Origin: Chlorobiota bacterium | GTDB lineage: Bacteria > Bacteroidota > Ignavibacteria > Tepidaquicellales > OLB5 | Length of the DNA: 64,000 nucleotides | Direction: 5' to 3' | Assembly (NCBI GenBank): GCA_022616535.1 | Contig: JAKEEM010000010.1 | Location: forward strand, 21,769 to 85,768 | Shown here: one piece after another, positions 38,701 to 47,582 of the stretch | How positions within the stretch are numbered: position 1 is the stretch's first letter | Layout: every line of letters starts with the position of its first letter | Translations under genes and position numbers: made by a program | The notes under the pieces: generated by a model | What the model saw: only the letters and a program-made list of their open reading frames with translations | Database searches by the model: none | What the model was told of the DNA's origin: nothing

Positions 38701-38948
38701 ATAAAATCAGTGAGAAAAAATCTCCTAACATACTAAGCCATTTAGAAAAAAAGAAGTTTGACCTTGTAATTAACACCCCTTCTGCTGAGCAGAAATTCAG
38801 CGAGCAGGATGGCTACATAATACGCCGAAAGGCAATAGATTACAATATCCCACTGATTAATAATATAAAGATTGCGAACCTGTTTGTGAACTCTATCTAT
38901 AAATATAAACCCTCACTGCTTGAAATCAAGAGCATGGATGAGTATTAA
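35748..38948 (+). CDS. carB: carbamoyl-phosphate synthase large subunit
   Basis: 1066 aa with duplicated ATP-grasp halves (GSGALKIGEAGEFDYSG and GSGPYKIGSSVEFDW) and an MGS-like C-terminus. Confidence 0.97.
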   Translation: MSNFNKILLLGSGALKIGEAGEFDYSGSQAIKALKEEGKYVILVNPNIATVQTDIDLADKVYLLPVNPYFVEKVIMKERPDAIMLGFGGQTALNCGLELEKLGILKKCNITVLGTNVDSINKTEDRELFVNELNKINVKTPKSVAVTTPESGLKASKEIGYPVILRSGFALGGLGSAFAKNDKELKKALKEAFSYSPQVLIEEDLRGWKEIEYEVVRDSADNCITVCNMENFDPLGIHTGESIVIAPSQTLSNAEYHLLRDVSIKTIRHFKIQGECNIQFALNPESFTKDGELDYRVIEVNARLSRSSALASKVTGYPLAYIAAKIALGYKLTELENSITKKTYSCFEPALDYVALKIPRWDLQKFPRADEEIGSKMKSVGEVMAIGRSFPEVLQKAIRMLQVGKFGLVLNKSKTATINEDIVTPSPRRLFAISRAFREGYSVDEVYRMSKIDKWFLQQISLVDGFRKLKIEKEIITRDFLLEAKKLGYSDKQIGLLVGTDEDEIRKIRKELGVLPVFKQIDTLAAEYPAETNYLYSTYHGETSDIEETRERDENKIMILGSGPYKIGSSVEFDWCCVTTAKHLRKLGYKVIMVNYNPETVSTDYDICDKLYFEELSLERVLDIYEYEKPLGIIISMGGQIPNNLALKLHDNNVWILGTSPHSIDKCEDRNKFSSILDKLEIDQPEWQELADLKQAKKFSNKIGYPVLIRPSYVLSGTAMKVCYDDKSLDEYIKKNANISEEFPVVISKFEEGAKEIEIDGVAQKGELIIYAISEHIENAGVHSGDATLVIPPQKLYFETVHQLKKITKAIVGELKITGPFNIQFLAKENKVKVIECNLRASRSFPFISKATGYNFIEFAVKSILGMNIKGDYKTLDLDHIVVKAPQFSFSRLSGADPILGVEMSSTGEVACFGDELEEAFLKSLISTGFRLPGKNILLTLGELEDKIEFLDSAGKLSEMGYKIYATTNTHKLLKENGIRAKRIYKISEKKSPNILSHLEKKKFDLVINTPSAEQKFSEQDGYIIRRKAIDYNIPLINNIKIANLFVNSIYKYKPSLLEIKSMDEY

Positions 38949-38953
38949 TAAAA

Positions 38954-39721
38954 TTGTCAAAAAATTTAACAATATTATTATTGCTTTTTATTGTATCACC
39001 CCTTTCCTTTTCACAGCGTTCAAATTCTCCTTCACCTGAAGATAAAATCCATGCTTATGTGACCGATAAAACAAGGACATTAAGCTCAATACACATCCAG
39101 TCACTTACAAAGAAGCTTTCTGATTTTGAAAAGCAAACCTCCAACCAGGTCGTTGTTTGGATGATTTCATCGCTTGAAGGCGAATCGCTTGAGGAAAAAT
39201 CCCACGAAATTGCGGAGCAGAACGGAATCGGACAAAAAGACAAGGAGAACGGAGTGCTTTTATTTATTGCTAAAAATGACAGAAAACTCAGAATCGAAGT
39301 CGGCTACGGACTTGAAGGAGCGCTTCCCGATGCGCTTTGCGACCAAATCATACGAAAAGAAATTACTCCCCAATTTAAAAAAGGAAATTTTTACGAAGGC
39401 ATTAATGCCGGTGTGGATGCAATTATCAAGGCAACAAAAGGCGAGTATACTCAGAGCCAGAAATCAGATGATGAGAGCGGCGGCACCGTATGTGGTATTC
39501 CGTTATTCTTACTGTTTATCATATTAATATTTATTTTGGTTTTTGGAATTCCAATTCTGTCGTCGATTTTCGGAAGAGGAGGCGGGAGGTGGGCAACAGG
39601 CGGCACCAGGTGGTCTTCGGGAAGCAGCAGTTCGTGGTCAAGCGGAAGCTCATTCTCGAGCGGTGGATTTTCCGGAGGCGGCGGTTCATTCGGAGGCGGC
39701 GGAGCAAGCGGGTCATGGTAA
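38954..39721 (+). CDS. TPM domain protein (YgcG-like) with TM and Gly/Ser-rich tail
   Basis: Signal peptide, TPM core (NGVLLFIAKNDRKLRIEVGYGLEG), TM helix, then C-terminal GGGSFGGGGASGSW. Confidence 0.8.
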   Translation: MSKNLTILLLLFIVSPLSFSQRSNSPSPEDKIHAYVTDKTRTLSSIHIQSLTKKLSDFEKQTSNQVVVWMISSLEGESLEEKSHEIAEQNGIGQKDKENGVLLFIAKNDRKLRIEVGYGLEGALPDALCDQIIRKEITPQFKKGNFYEGINAGVDAIIKATKGEYTQSQKSDDESGGTVCGIPLFLLFIILIFILVFGIPILSSIFGRGGGRWATGGTRWSSGSSSSWSSGSSFSSGGFSGGGGSFGGGGASGSW

Positions 39722-39820
39722 AGTTTATTAAGTACATTGAGTTCGTTAAGTTTGTTAAGTTTGTTAAGTTTGTTGAGTTCGTTGAGTTTGTTAAGTTAAT
39801 TAAGTTCGTTTAGGTTTTTT
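39722..39820. repeat. tandem repeat, 9-bp unit AGTTTGTTA, about 11 copies
   Basis: Starts at the base after the TPM stop codon. Units: AGTTTATTA AGTACATTG AGTTCGTTA AGTTTGTTA x2 AGTTTGTTG AGTTCGTTG AGTTTGTTA AGTTAATTA AGTTCGTTT AGGTTTTTT. Confidence 0.9.
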
Positions 39821-39823
39821 TAG

Positions 39824-39880
39824 TTTCATAATATTTCATAATATTTCATAATATGTCATAATTTCGCTATTTCACTATTT
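39824..39880. repeat. tandem repeat, 10-bp unit TTTCATAATA x3 plus degenerate copies
   Basis: TTTCATAATA TTTCATAATA TTTCATAATA TGTCATAAT TTCGCTAT TTCACTAT. Ends about 15 nt before the next TTG start. Confidence 0.9.
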
Positions 39881-39894
39881 TTTTATTCACAATT

Positions 39895-40353
39895 TTGAAA
39901 AACTGGGCATATAAATATTTTTCTGAAGATGAGCTTAAGGATATTCAAGCTAAGCTGGATGCGGTTGAAAAAAACTCAACTGGTGAGGTTATTTTAAGCT
40001 TAAGAGAAAAAAGAACTCTGCTTGAAAGACTTTACAGTCCGCATGAGCTTGCCTTCAGGGATTTTGATAAGCTCGGCGTTGCCAATACTAAGGAAAGAAC
40101 AGGTATTTTGATTTTTATAATCTTTGGAGAAAAGTATTACGATATAATTGCCGATGAGGGAATTTATGCAAAGATTCCGAACTCAGCGTGGAATATGCTT
40201 GAGGTGAGGCTGAAGGGTGAATTCAGGAAAGGGAGCTATTTTACAGGACTTATGCATTTGATCAAAAGCATGGCAAAAATTTTGGAGAAGGAATTCCCGC
40301 CTAAAACCGGCGAGAGTGATGATGAAATCTCAAAAGAAATCGAGATTAGTTAA
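39895..40353 (+). CDS. TPM domain protein (cytoplasmic-type partner)
   Basis: STGEVILSL...RTGILIFIIFGEKYYDIIADEGI pattern. TTG start. Confidence 0.7.
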   Translation: MKNWAYKYFSEDELKDIQAKLDAVEKNSTGEVILSLREKRTLLERLYSPHELAFRDFDKLGVANTKERTGILIFIIFGEKYYDIIADEGIYAKIPNSAWNMLEVRLKGEFRKGSYFTGLMHLIKSMAKILEKEFPPKTGESDDEISKEIEIS

Positions 40354-41738
40354 TTCTTCTTTTTAAACACAAGCGTTAACGGAACACCTTTAAATCCGAA
40401 TGAATGTCTTATTTTCCCCTCAATGAATCTTTTATAGTTCAATTCTATTTCGTTTGGGAGATTTGTAAAAAACCCAATCACAGGAGGTGAATGCTTAAGC
40501 TGGGTTATGTAATTTATTTTAATTTCCTTGTGTGATTTTGAACGGGGAGGAGATTGTCTGATAATTTTAATCAGCTTTGCATTAAGTTCGCTTGTCTTTA
40601 CTTCCTTCGCTCGCTCTTCAAATACTTTCAAAGCGTAATCCATAATTTTTGAAACACGCTGTTTCGTAATAGCAGATGTAAATAAAAACGGCAGCCAGTC
40701 ATACGTTTTTAAGTGCTCTTTGACTTTTTCTTCAAAGATTTTTGCAGTTTTTGAATCTTTTTCAATTAAATCCCATCTATTGATTACAATTAATATGCCT
40801 TTTTTCAGCTCTGCTGCCGAATTTATAATTTCAACGTCCTCCTTGCTTAATTTGAATGTAGCCAGCTTCGGGTCAATGAATTTGGAGAGCTTGCTCATTA
40901 TGGTTGAAGCATCTATTACAATAATTGCAACATCGCATGTCTCTATGCTTTTATGTGTCCTGATTACTGAATAAAACTCAAGCGATTCTGAGCGCCTGAT
41001 TCTGCTTTTTTTCCTTAGCCCGGCTGTATCTATTAAAGTTATTTCCCGCCCGTAATATTTAAATATTGTGTCAGTTGAATCCCTTGTTGTTCCGGGAATA
41101 TCTGTTACGATGTTTCTTTTACTTTGTGTAAGCGCATTGGCAATGGAGGATTTCCCGACATTTGGCCTTCCTATGATTGCAAATCTTGACTCTGATTCGT
41201 CTGATTTCGCAGATTCGGCGAATTCAATATTCGATGTGATTAAATCCAGCAGGTCGCCTGATTTTCTCCCGACAAGCGCAGAAACTTCAAACGGCTCGCC
41301 AAGACCTAGCTTAAAGAAATCCGGTTTTGCTTCACTGTCTGATTTTGTATCGACTTTATTTAAAACAAGAATTACCTTTTTGTTTTTATTTGTTTTTTTT
41401 CCGCTTTCTTTGCGAAGGATTTCTGCAATTTCAAAGTCAAGCCCTGTCAAACCGCTTTTTGCGTCAACAGCAAATAAAATTATATCGGCTTCATCAATTG
41501 AAATTTTAACCTGCTCCCTTATTGCCGCTTCAAAAGTATCTTTGCTGGAGGGCACATATCCGCCTGTATCGATTAAAAAGAATTTTTTGCCGTTCCAATC
41601 AGCTTCGCCGTAATTTCTGTCTCTTGTAACGCCCGGCTGGTTGTGGACAATTGCAACCTTTTTGCCTAATAAACGGTTAAAAAGTGAGGATTTCCCGACA
41701 TTAGGTCTTCCGACTATTGCAGCAATTTTCAGAGGCAT
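40350..41738 (-). CDS. der: ribosome biogenesis GTPase Der (EngA)
   Basis: Two G domains (GRPNVGKSSLFN and GRPNVGKSSIAN; DTGG and DTAG) plus a KH-like C-terminus. Confidence 0.95.
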   Translation of the reverse strand: MPLKIAAIVGRPNVGKSSLFNRLLGKKVAIVHNQPGVTRDRNYGEADWNGKKFFLIDTGGYVPSSKDTFEAAIREQVKISIDEADIILFAVDAKSGLTGLDFEIAEILRKESGKKTNKNKKVILVLNKVDTKSDSEAKPDFFKLGLGEPFEVSALVGRKSGDLLDLITSNIEFAESAKSDESESRFAIIGRPNVGKSSIANALTQSKRNIVTDIPGTTRDSTDTIFKYYGREITLIDTAGLRKKSRIRRSESLEFYSVIRTHKSIETCDVAIIVIDASTIMSKLSKFIDPKLATFKLSKEDVEIINSAAELKKGILIVINRWDLIEKDSKTAKIFEEKVKEHLKTYDWLPFLFTSAITKQRVSKIMDYALKVFEERAKEVKTSELNAKLIKIIRQSPPRSKSHKEIKINYITQLKHSPPVIGFFTNLPNEIELNYKRFIEGKIRHSFGFKGVPLTLVFKKKN

Positions 41739-41776
41739 AATTTTTCAGGGAGATTTGTGAAGTCCCCTCCAGGGGA

Positions 41777-42754
41777 TTAATTTATTCTGTCACTTATAAA
41801 GTCAGCAAACTTAATCATTGTTTCTTTTGTATCGGAGGATTTGAAGCCTTTGATTTTTGATTTTGCAATACTGCAGTACTCGGCGGTTTTGTCGACGGTA
41901 TATTCTATTCCGCGGTGCTCTTTAATGAAGTCCATTACCATTCCCCGGCTTTTTGAATAAGAGCCGTTTTTTACTATATTAATCATTTCCTTCCCCTCTT
42001 TTTTGGAAGCGTTATTTAAGGAGTATATTAAAGGCAGAGTAAATTTTTTTTCTTTTAAGTCAGTGCCTGAGGATTTCCCCATAATTTTTTCCTTCCCGAT
42101 GTAATCAAGCAAATCGTCTCTGAGCTGAAAAGCTATTCCGATGTTTTCACCGAATTCGCTCAGCAGCTTGACTTCGCCTCCGTCTTTCGATGTGCTTGCT
42201 GCTCCAAGCTCGCAGCAGGCGGTAATTAAAGAGGCGGTTTTATCCGAAATTATTTTGAAGTAAGTTTCTTCGGTAACATCGAATTTCCTGTTTTTCTGGA
42301 TTTGCAGAAGCTCACCTTCGCTCATTCTTTTTACAGCCCGCGAGGTGATTTTTAAAAATCCGCACTCGTCTTTTTCCAGCGCCAGAAGCAATCCGCGTGA
42401 AAGCATAAAATCGCCCATTAAAACAGCAATTTTATTTTTCCAAACGGCATTTATCGATGCCAGCCCGCGTCTTGTCTTCGCATCGTCAACCACATCATCA
42501 TGAATCAGCGTAGCAGTGTGCAGCATTTCTACAAGCGTTGCGGCTGTGTATGTTCTGCTGTTTACCTCTCCGCAAAGCTTTGCAGAAAGCAAAACGAGTA
42601 TAGGTCGGATTTTCTTCCCTTTTTGGCGCAGAATGTATTTTCCGATTAAGTCAACAAGCGCAACACGCGACCTTATTGCCTCGCGGAAATAATCCCTGAA
42701 TTCTTCAAGCTCTTTTTCGATTGGTTTCGATATTTTTTTAAGCTGCGATTCCAT
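41777..42754 (-). CDS. polyprenyl diphosphate synthase (IspB-like)
   Basis: LIHDDVVDD and RDDLLD motifs. Start moved to MESQLKK (ATG 42754), which removes the overlap with tatC. Confidence 0.88.
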   Translation of the reverse strand: MESQLKKISKPIEKELEEFRDYFREAIRSRVALVDLIGKYILRQKGKKIRPILVLLSAKLCGEVNSRTYTAATLVEMLHTATLIHDDVVDDAKTRRGLASINAVWKNKIAVLMGDFMLSRGLLLALEKDECGFLKITSRAVKRMSEGELLQIQKNRKFDVTEETYFKIISDKTASLITACCELGAASTSKDGGEVKLLSEFGENIGIAFQLRDDLLDYIGKEKIMGKSSGTDLKEKKFTLPLIYSLNNASKKEGKEMINIVKNGSYSKSRGMVMDFIKEHRGIEYTVDKTAEYCSIAKSKIKGFKSSDTKETMIKFADFISDRIN

Positions 42755-42755
42755 T

Positions 42756-43514
42756 TTAATCCGCCGGTTTAGGCTGTGAAAATTTTGATATAAGTATACT
42801 GAGCTCGTATAAAATAAAAAGCGGCACACCCAAAAGGAGCTGGCTTGTTACATCGGGGCTTGGAGTTAAAATCCCTGCGAGCAGAAGTATTATTACCAAA
42901 GCATGCTTTCTGTATTTACGCATAAATTTAGGCGTCAAGATTCCCAGTTTCGATAAAAAAAAGGAAACCATTGGCAGCTCAAACACAATTCCTGCGGTAA
43001 TCAAAACCGATATAACAAAACTGAAATATTCGTTGATTGCGATATTATTTGATATTGCCTGTGTTCCGAATGCCGCAAAGAATTTAAGAGCCGTGGGAAT
43101 CATAATGTAATACGCAAAAACAAGCCCACCCAGAAAGCAAAAAGTTGAGAAAAAAACTATCCATGAAATATACTTCCTTTCGCTTGGCAGAAGCCCCGGC
43201 TCTATGAATTTCCACAACTGATAAAATAAATTAGGAACGCTCAGTACAATTCCGCCTACCAGAATCACCTCCATATAAAGAACAAGCTGCCCGTACGGCT
43301 TTAGATTAATTAAAACAATCGGCGGCTCGGTTTTAGTTGCGGGCGCCAGAAGAAAATTGTTCATTATCCAGTCAATAAATATTCCGCATATTACAGCGCC
43401 AGCAACAATTCCGATTAATGCTTTAATAAGTCTCCATCTTAATTCTTCAAGATGGTCTAAAAAGCTCATTTCGCCTTCGCCGCCTGTTCTGTATTGCTCC
43501 TTTTCTTCTGCCAT
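42756..43514 (-). CDS. tatC: twin-arginine translocase subunit TatC
   Basis: LDHLEELRWRLIK N-terminus, six TM segments, 252 aa. Confidence 0.92.
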   Translation of the reverse strand: MAEEKEQYRTGGEGEMSFLDHLEELRWRLIKALIGIVAGAVICGIFIDWIMNNFLLAPATKTEPPIVLINLKPYGQLVLYMEVILVGGIVLSVPNLFYQLWKFIEPGLLPSERKYISWIVFFSTFCFLGGLVFAYYIMIPTALKFFAAFGTQAISNNIAINEYFSFVISVLITAGIVFELPMVSFFLSKLGILTPKFMRKYRKHALVIILLLAGILTPSPDVTSQLLLGVPLFILYELSILISKFSQPKPAD

Positions 43515-43517
43515 CGG

Positions 43518-43715
43518 CTATAGTGATTTGGCTAAGTTTTCCCAGGCGGTGCGGTTATTATCTTTATTTTGTTTATTTTCTATTCCGTAATTTTCCGAAT
43601 CTGCGTCCACCGGCTCATTTGTTTTATCTGTCTCTTGGAAGGATTGCTCATCAATACCTTGCTTTTTATCAATTTTTAAGGATAATTCAATATTTTCTAA
43701 GTATGGCAGTATCAT
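43518..43715 (-). CDS. small acidic hypothetical protein (65 aa)
   Basis: ORF exactly fills the gap between glyA and tatC. Low-complexity D/E/N/K-rich sequence with no TM helix. Confidence 0.35.
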   Translation of the reverse strand: MILPYLENIELSLKIDKKQGIDEQSFQETDKTNEPVDADSENYGIENKQNKDNNRTAWENLAKSL

Positions 43716-43722
43716 TTTTTGA

Positions 43723-45024
43723 TTACCACGTAAACAACTCCGGATACAACGGATGTTCCGATGTTAAATCGTCTATTTTTTTCTTAACGCTGTTTTTAAC
43801 GTCTTCGCTATCAGGGCTTGAAATTATTTCATTTATCATTTCTGCAACTTTTTCCATATCGGTTTCATTCATACCCCGTGTCGTCAGCGCGGGAGTACCA
43901 AGACGTATGCCGCTTGTAATGAGCGGGCTTTTATCATCGAACGGGACTGCATTTTTGTTGCACGTTATACCGACTTCATCGAGCATCTCCTGCGCTTGTT
44001 TGCCGGTCATATTCTTGTTTCTTAAATCAATCAGCATAAGGTGGTTATCCGTTCCGCCCGAAATTACCTTAAATCCAAATCCGTTTAATTTAGCAGCTAG
44101 CGCTTTTGCGTTTTTAATTACCTGCTCTGAATAAGTTTTAAATTTTCCATCCAGCGCCTCTTTAAATGCAACGGCTTTTGCAGCTATGACGTGCATTAAT
44201 GGTCCCCCCTGAACCCCCGGGATGACCATCGAATCGATAAGCTCACCCATCATTTTTACCCTGCCGGATTTGGGCGCCTTTATCCCGAAAGGATTTTCAA
44301 AATCCTTCCCCATTAGAATCATCCCACCACGCGGTCCGCGGAGTGTTTTATGAGTTGTGGTTGTAACAACATGGCAGTGCGGAAGCGGGTCATCAAGCAA
44401 ACCCTTTGCGATTAATCCAGCCGGGTGGGCTATATCGGCAAGCAAAAAAGCACCGACTTTATCGGCAATTTCCCTGAATTTCTTATAATCAATATTTCTC
44501 GAATACGCGCTTGCACCTACTGTTATCATTTTCGGCTTTACTTTAACGACTTGGCTTTTAATCATATCATAATCTAGCACCTCAGTATCGGGGTTAATGC
44601 CATAAGGAGTAAAGTCATAAAGCTGCCCGGAAAAATTTACAGGCGAGCCGTGCGTAAGATGCCCTCCGTGTGATAAGTCCATACCCATAACTTTATCGCC
44701 CGGCTTTACAAGTACAAAATACACCGCCATATTCGCCTGCGAGCCCGAGTGCGGTTGAACGTTAGCATACTCTGCTCCGAACAGCTCCTTTGCCCTGTCT
44801 CTTGCAAGGTTTTCTGCAACATCTACATACTCACATCCGCCGTAGTACCGCTTGCCCGGGTATCCTTCGGCATACTTATTTGTCATCACCGAGCCCATTG
44901 CCTCCATTACCTCAATGCTTGTGAAGTTTTCCGAGGCAATCAGCTCAAGCTTGTTATTCTGCCTTTCAAGCTCGTGCCTTAATGCACTGTAGATTTGCGG
45001 GTCAAATTCCTGTAAGTTGGACAT
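43723..45024 (-). CDS. glyA: serine hydroxymethyltransferase
   Basis: [17 protein letters not shown]-lysine motif. 433 aa. Confidence 0.97.
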   Translation of the reverse strand: MSNLQEFDPQIYSALRHELERQNNKLELIASENFTSIEVMEAMGSVMTNKYAEGYPGKRYYGGCEYVDVAENLARDRAKELFGAEYANVQPHSGSQANMAVYFVLVKPGDKVMGMDLSHGGHLTHGSPVNFSGQLYDFTPYGINPDTEVLDYDMIKSQVVKVKPKMITVGASAYSRNIDYKKFREIADKVGAFLLADIAHPAGLIAKGLLDDPLPHCHVVTTTTHKTLRGPRGGMILMGKDFENPFGIKAPKSGRVKMMGELIDSMVIPGVQGGPLMHVIAAKAVAFKEALDGKFKTYSEQVIKNAKALAAKLNGFGFKVISGGTDNHLMLIDLRNKNMTGKQAQEMLDEVGITCNKNAVPFDDKSPLITSGIRLGTPALTTRGMNETDMEKVAEMINEIISSPDSEDVKNSVKKKIDDLTSEHPLYPELFTW

Positions 45025-45090
45025 AAAAATTTTTTTGTGTAATTAAAGGAGTAAAATTTTATCGATAGAAAAAAGCTTATGTTTAATTTT

Positions 45091-46356
45091 TTAAAAATCT
45101 TCCGATGGTTTTAAAAACCAAAGCTCGCCTATTTTAACCGAAGCCCCGAATCTGAAAACGTCATCCTTAATAAGTCCGTTTGAGCTTTTCCCCCGTGTTA
45201 TATATTTGAAATATAAATCAAGTGCATTATATCTTCCGATCGGAAGCGATAAACCCGCGCTTAATGATATTGAATTTATGTTTTCGTTATTGATTTTCAG
45301 ATAATCCGCAGTATAGCTTGCCCCAAGTCTGTAGGAAATTCTCTTTAAATAGGAATCCTCAAGTTTTTTCGATGGAGTGTATTCCATACCAAGCCCGGCT
45401 CTTAAATTATTTTTAATTTCAGTTGGATGGCTGCCATAATATTTGTAATTATCCCACTGCTGCAAAAGCACGTCGGCTGCAAGTATTAATTTATCATTAA
45501 ACTCATTTGAAATACCGGCGCCGAATGAGAGCGGAATATCCAGATTCCCTTCGGAAATGCTTAGGGAATCTATATTGTTGACTGAGCGGTTGAATTTACC
45601 TGTGATTTCGGAGTCAAACTTTGCCGGGGTAGAAAAATAAACCCCTAAAGTCAGCTTATCAAGCTTCTTGTTATTGAATACCTTTCCAAAGCCATGGAAA
45701 ATAAGCCCTGTGTTAAAGTATAATCCCCAAATTGTGTTTGAGGTGTAATTTTTGGTGTCGAATAAAGCGGGGTTTGTAAAATCAATAATCAGCGATTTGT
45801 TAATGTTTCCGAATGCATAATTAAACTGCGCGCCGAAGCTGAAATGCCTGAATATAATGTATGAGAACCCTAAGCTCAGCCTGTTAAGGCCTCCGTTACC
45901 GCTGTATGTTTGGGTGTATTCCTCCCCCTCAATCGAGCTTGAAAACCGGGCATCGTAATTAACAAGGCTGTAGTTATTAAGCCCAAGGTCAAATATCCAG
46001 CCGTTACCCTTGTTCAGGGGAATCGACAAGTTAAACCCTTCGAAATTCCCGTATGTTCTTTCTGCATTATTTATTCCGTCAGTCGAGCGGATATTATCCA
46101 AACTAAACTTTGAGGAAAATATTGTGCTTTGTATCCTTGTCCATGAAGCAGGGTTTAGTGAATTTGTGTAATCGCCGTAAAGTGCCAGCCCTAAAATCCC
46201 CATCGCATCTGTCCTGTTTGAAGCCGAGTAGTTTAAATCGCCCAGCCCGTAAATTGAATACAGCGAGCCGCCGTTTTTATCGACTTGCCCGAATGATGCG
46301 GAGGCAAAAGCGAGTACTGCAAATATTAATATTGTTATCTTTGTAAGTAAGTTCAT
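45091..46356 (-). CDS. outer-membrane beta-barrel protein, family unknown
   Basis: Signal peptide MNLLTKITILIFAVLAFASASFGQ. Alternating beta pattern throughout and a C-terminal ...PSEDF. Confidence 0.65.
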   Translation of the reverse strand: MNLLTKITILIFAVLAFASASFGQVDKNGGSLYSIYGLGDLNYSASNRTDAMGILGLALYGDYTNSLNPASWTRIQSTIFSSKFSLDNIRSTDGINNAERTYGNFEGFNLSIPLNKGNGWIFDLGLNNYSLVNYDARFSSSIEGEEYTQTYSGNGGLNRLSLGFSYIIFRHFSFGAQFNYAFGNINKSLIIDFTNPALFDTKNYTSNTIWGLYFNTGLIFHGFGKVFNNKKLDKLTLGVYFSTPAKFDSEITGKFNRSVNNIDSLSISEGNLDIPLSFGAGISNEFNDKLILAADVLLQQWDNYKYYGSHPTEIKNNLRAGLGMEYTPSKKLEDSYLKRISYRLGASYTADYLKINNENINSISLSAGLSLPIGRYNALDLYFKYITRGKSSNGLIKDDVFRFGASVKIGELWFLKPSEDF

Positions 46357-47582
46357 GGCGTAACTCTCGGAGTATATTTGATAATTATTCGCGGGCGCTT
46401 ATTAGGATCTGCTACCGTTGTATTAAAAAATGTAAATAAATCAAGATTTGTAAACTGGTTTCCTGCTCTAAGCATAATTCCGTAATTTGTTTCTCCTAAT
46501 AGCCACCGCTGAAACGGCGAAGCCTGAAAACCGGACATAACCCTGATTACATACTGCCCCCCTGAAGGCGAGCCGCTGAAAGAAAAACCGTCTGTAACCA
46601 GTCCAGCAGTATCTGAAATATACTGGGCTGCAATGCTGTGAGACGTTTGGTTTGAAAATTTTGAATTTGCCGAATCCAGCGTCAAATAAAGCTGAACGTC
46701 ATTAATTGTTGCATTGGAAGGGATTTTGCTTAAATCGAACTTCATAGTCTGAACGTAGCTTACCCCTGCCTGAAGGCTGAATGTTTCGGAGCTTGGCGTA
46801 ATGCTTGCATTAACAAGCGATACTGTTTCCGAGCCGCTTGTGGTTAAAGTATCGGTGTTGTTGTTTTTAGTTACAATTACTGTTAGCTTCGGCCTGACGT
46901 TTTCGGAAATTGCACTTAATCCGGAGTAAAATGCTTTAATTACGGTCGATGCAGCAGACGGCGAAAGCACCATGCCATAATTTTTGTTCGGGTACGATGT
47001 ATCTGCTGCATACTCAAGCCAGTCTTTTACCATTGCTGTATTTAAGCTGATTGTAATTTTCTGTGAATCGGCAGTCGGCGAACCCGTATAGCTGCCTTGA
47101 GAAACAGTTCCGAATGTGGAGGAATTTACAGAGTCCAGAGTTATTGCGGAAAAATTTAAGCTTTGGTTAATCTTGAAAACATCAAACGCTATTTGTCCGA
47201 GGGAGTCTGATGCAGATACGGGGAAATAATAATTTCTGTAGCTTAAAGTTAGCGTTGCGGAATTAACCGTTGCACTGTCATAATCACCGCTCAGCCCGCC
47301 AAATCTAATTAATCCCTTTGAATTATAGCTCCCGTTTATGCCCACCATTAAATTTGATGAAGTTGAAGTGTTAACATATTTTCTTACATTCACTGATGTT
47401 ACTTGCATTGTATCTATATATGAATCGAACACCCTTACTCCCGTAGTTTCGCCCGGCGGGATAAAATTCAATCCAAGTGAAGAAGGGTCATCGGCACAGC
47501 CAATCGTATAAAATGTCACCAGAGTAAATATAATGACTAATATTTTAATTATTATTACAAATTTTCCGCTATTAGTGGGCAT
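46353..47582 (-). CDS. lipoprotein of unknown function (possibly DUF4270-like)
   Basis: Start placed at MPTNSGKFVIIIKILVIIFTLVTFYTIGC (lipobox Cys). S/T/N-rich beta-type sequence. ATGA overlap with the barrel gene. The DUF4270 suggestion rests only on my recollection that this family neighbours glgA in Bacteroidota. Confidence 0.55.
   Translation of the reverse strand: MPTNSGKFVIIIKILVIIFTLVTFYTIGCADDPSSLGLNFIPPGETTGVRVFDSYIDTMQVTSVNVRKYVNTSTSSNLMVGINGSYNSKGLIRFGGLSGDYDSATVNSATLTLSYRNYYFPVSASDSLGQIAFDVFKINQSLNFSAITLDSVNSSTFGTVSQGSYTGSPTADSQKITISLNTAMVKDWLEYAADTSYPNKNYGMVLSPSAASTVIKAFYSGLSAISENVRPKLTVIVTKNNNTDTLTTSGSETVSLVNASITPSSETFSLQAGVSYVQTMKFDLSKIPSNATINDVQLYLTLDSANSKFSNQTSHSIAAQYISDTAGLVTDGFSFSGSPSGGQYVIRVMSGFQASPFQRWLLGETNYGIMLRAGNQFTNLDLFTFFNTTVADPNKRPRIIIKYTPRVTP

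Noticed and set aside
39490-39813. 107-aa ORF ending KFVKFVKFVEFVEFVKLIKFV.
   Set aside because: It overlaps the TPM gene out of frame and then simply translates the 9-bp tandem repeat. It is not a gene.
39722-39880. Considered whether the tandem repeats could be a CRISPR array.
   Set aside because: The units are 9-10 bp and directly abutting, with no spacers. This is a microsatellite-like array, not CRISPR.
43518-43715. Considered whether the 65-aa ORF immediately upstream of tatC is tatA.
   Set aside because: It has no N-terminal TM helix and no hinge/amphipathic helix pattern, and it is acidic and low-complexity. It is kept as a low-confidence hypothetical.
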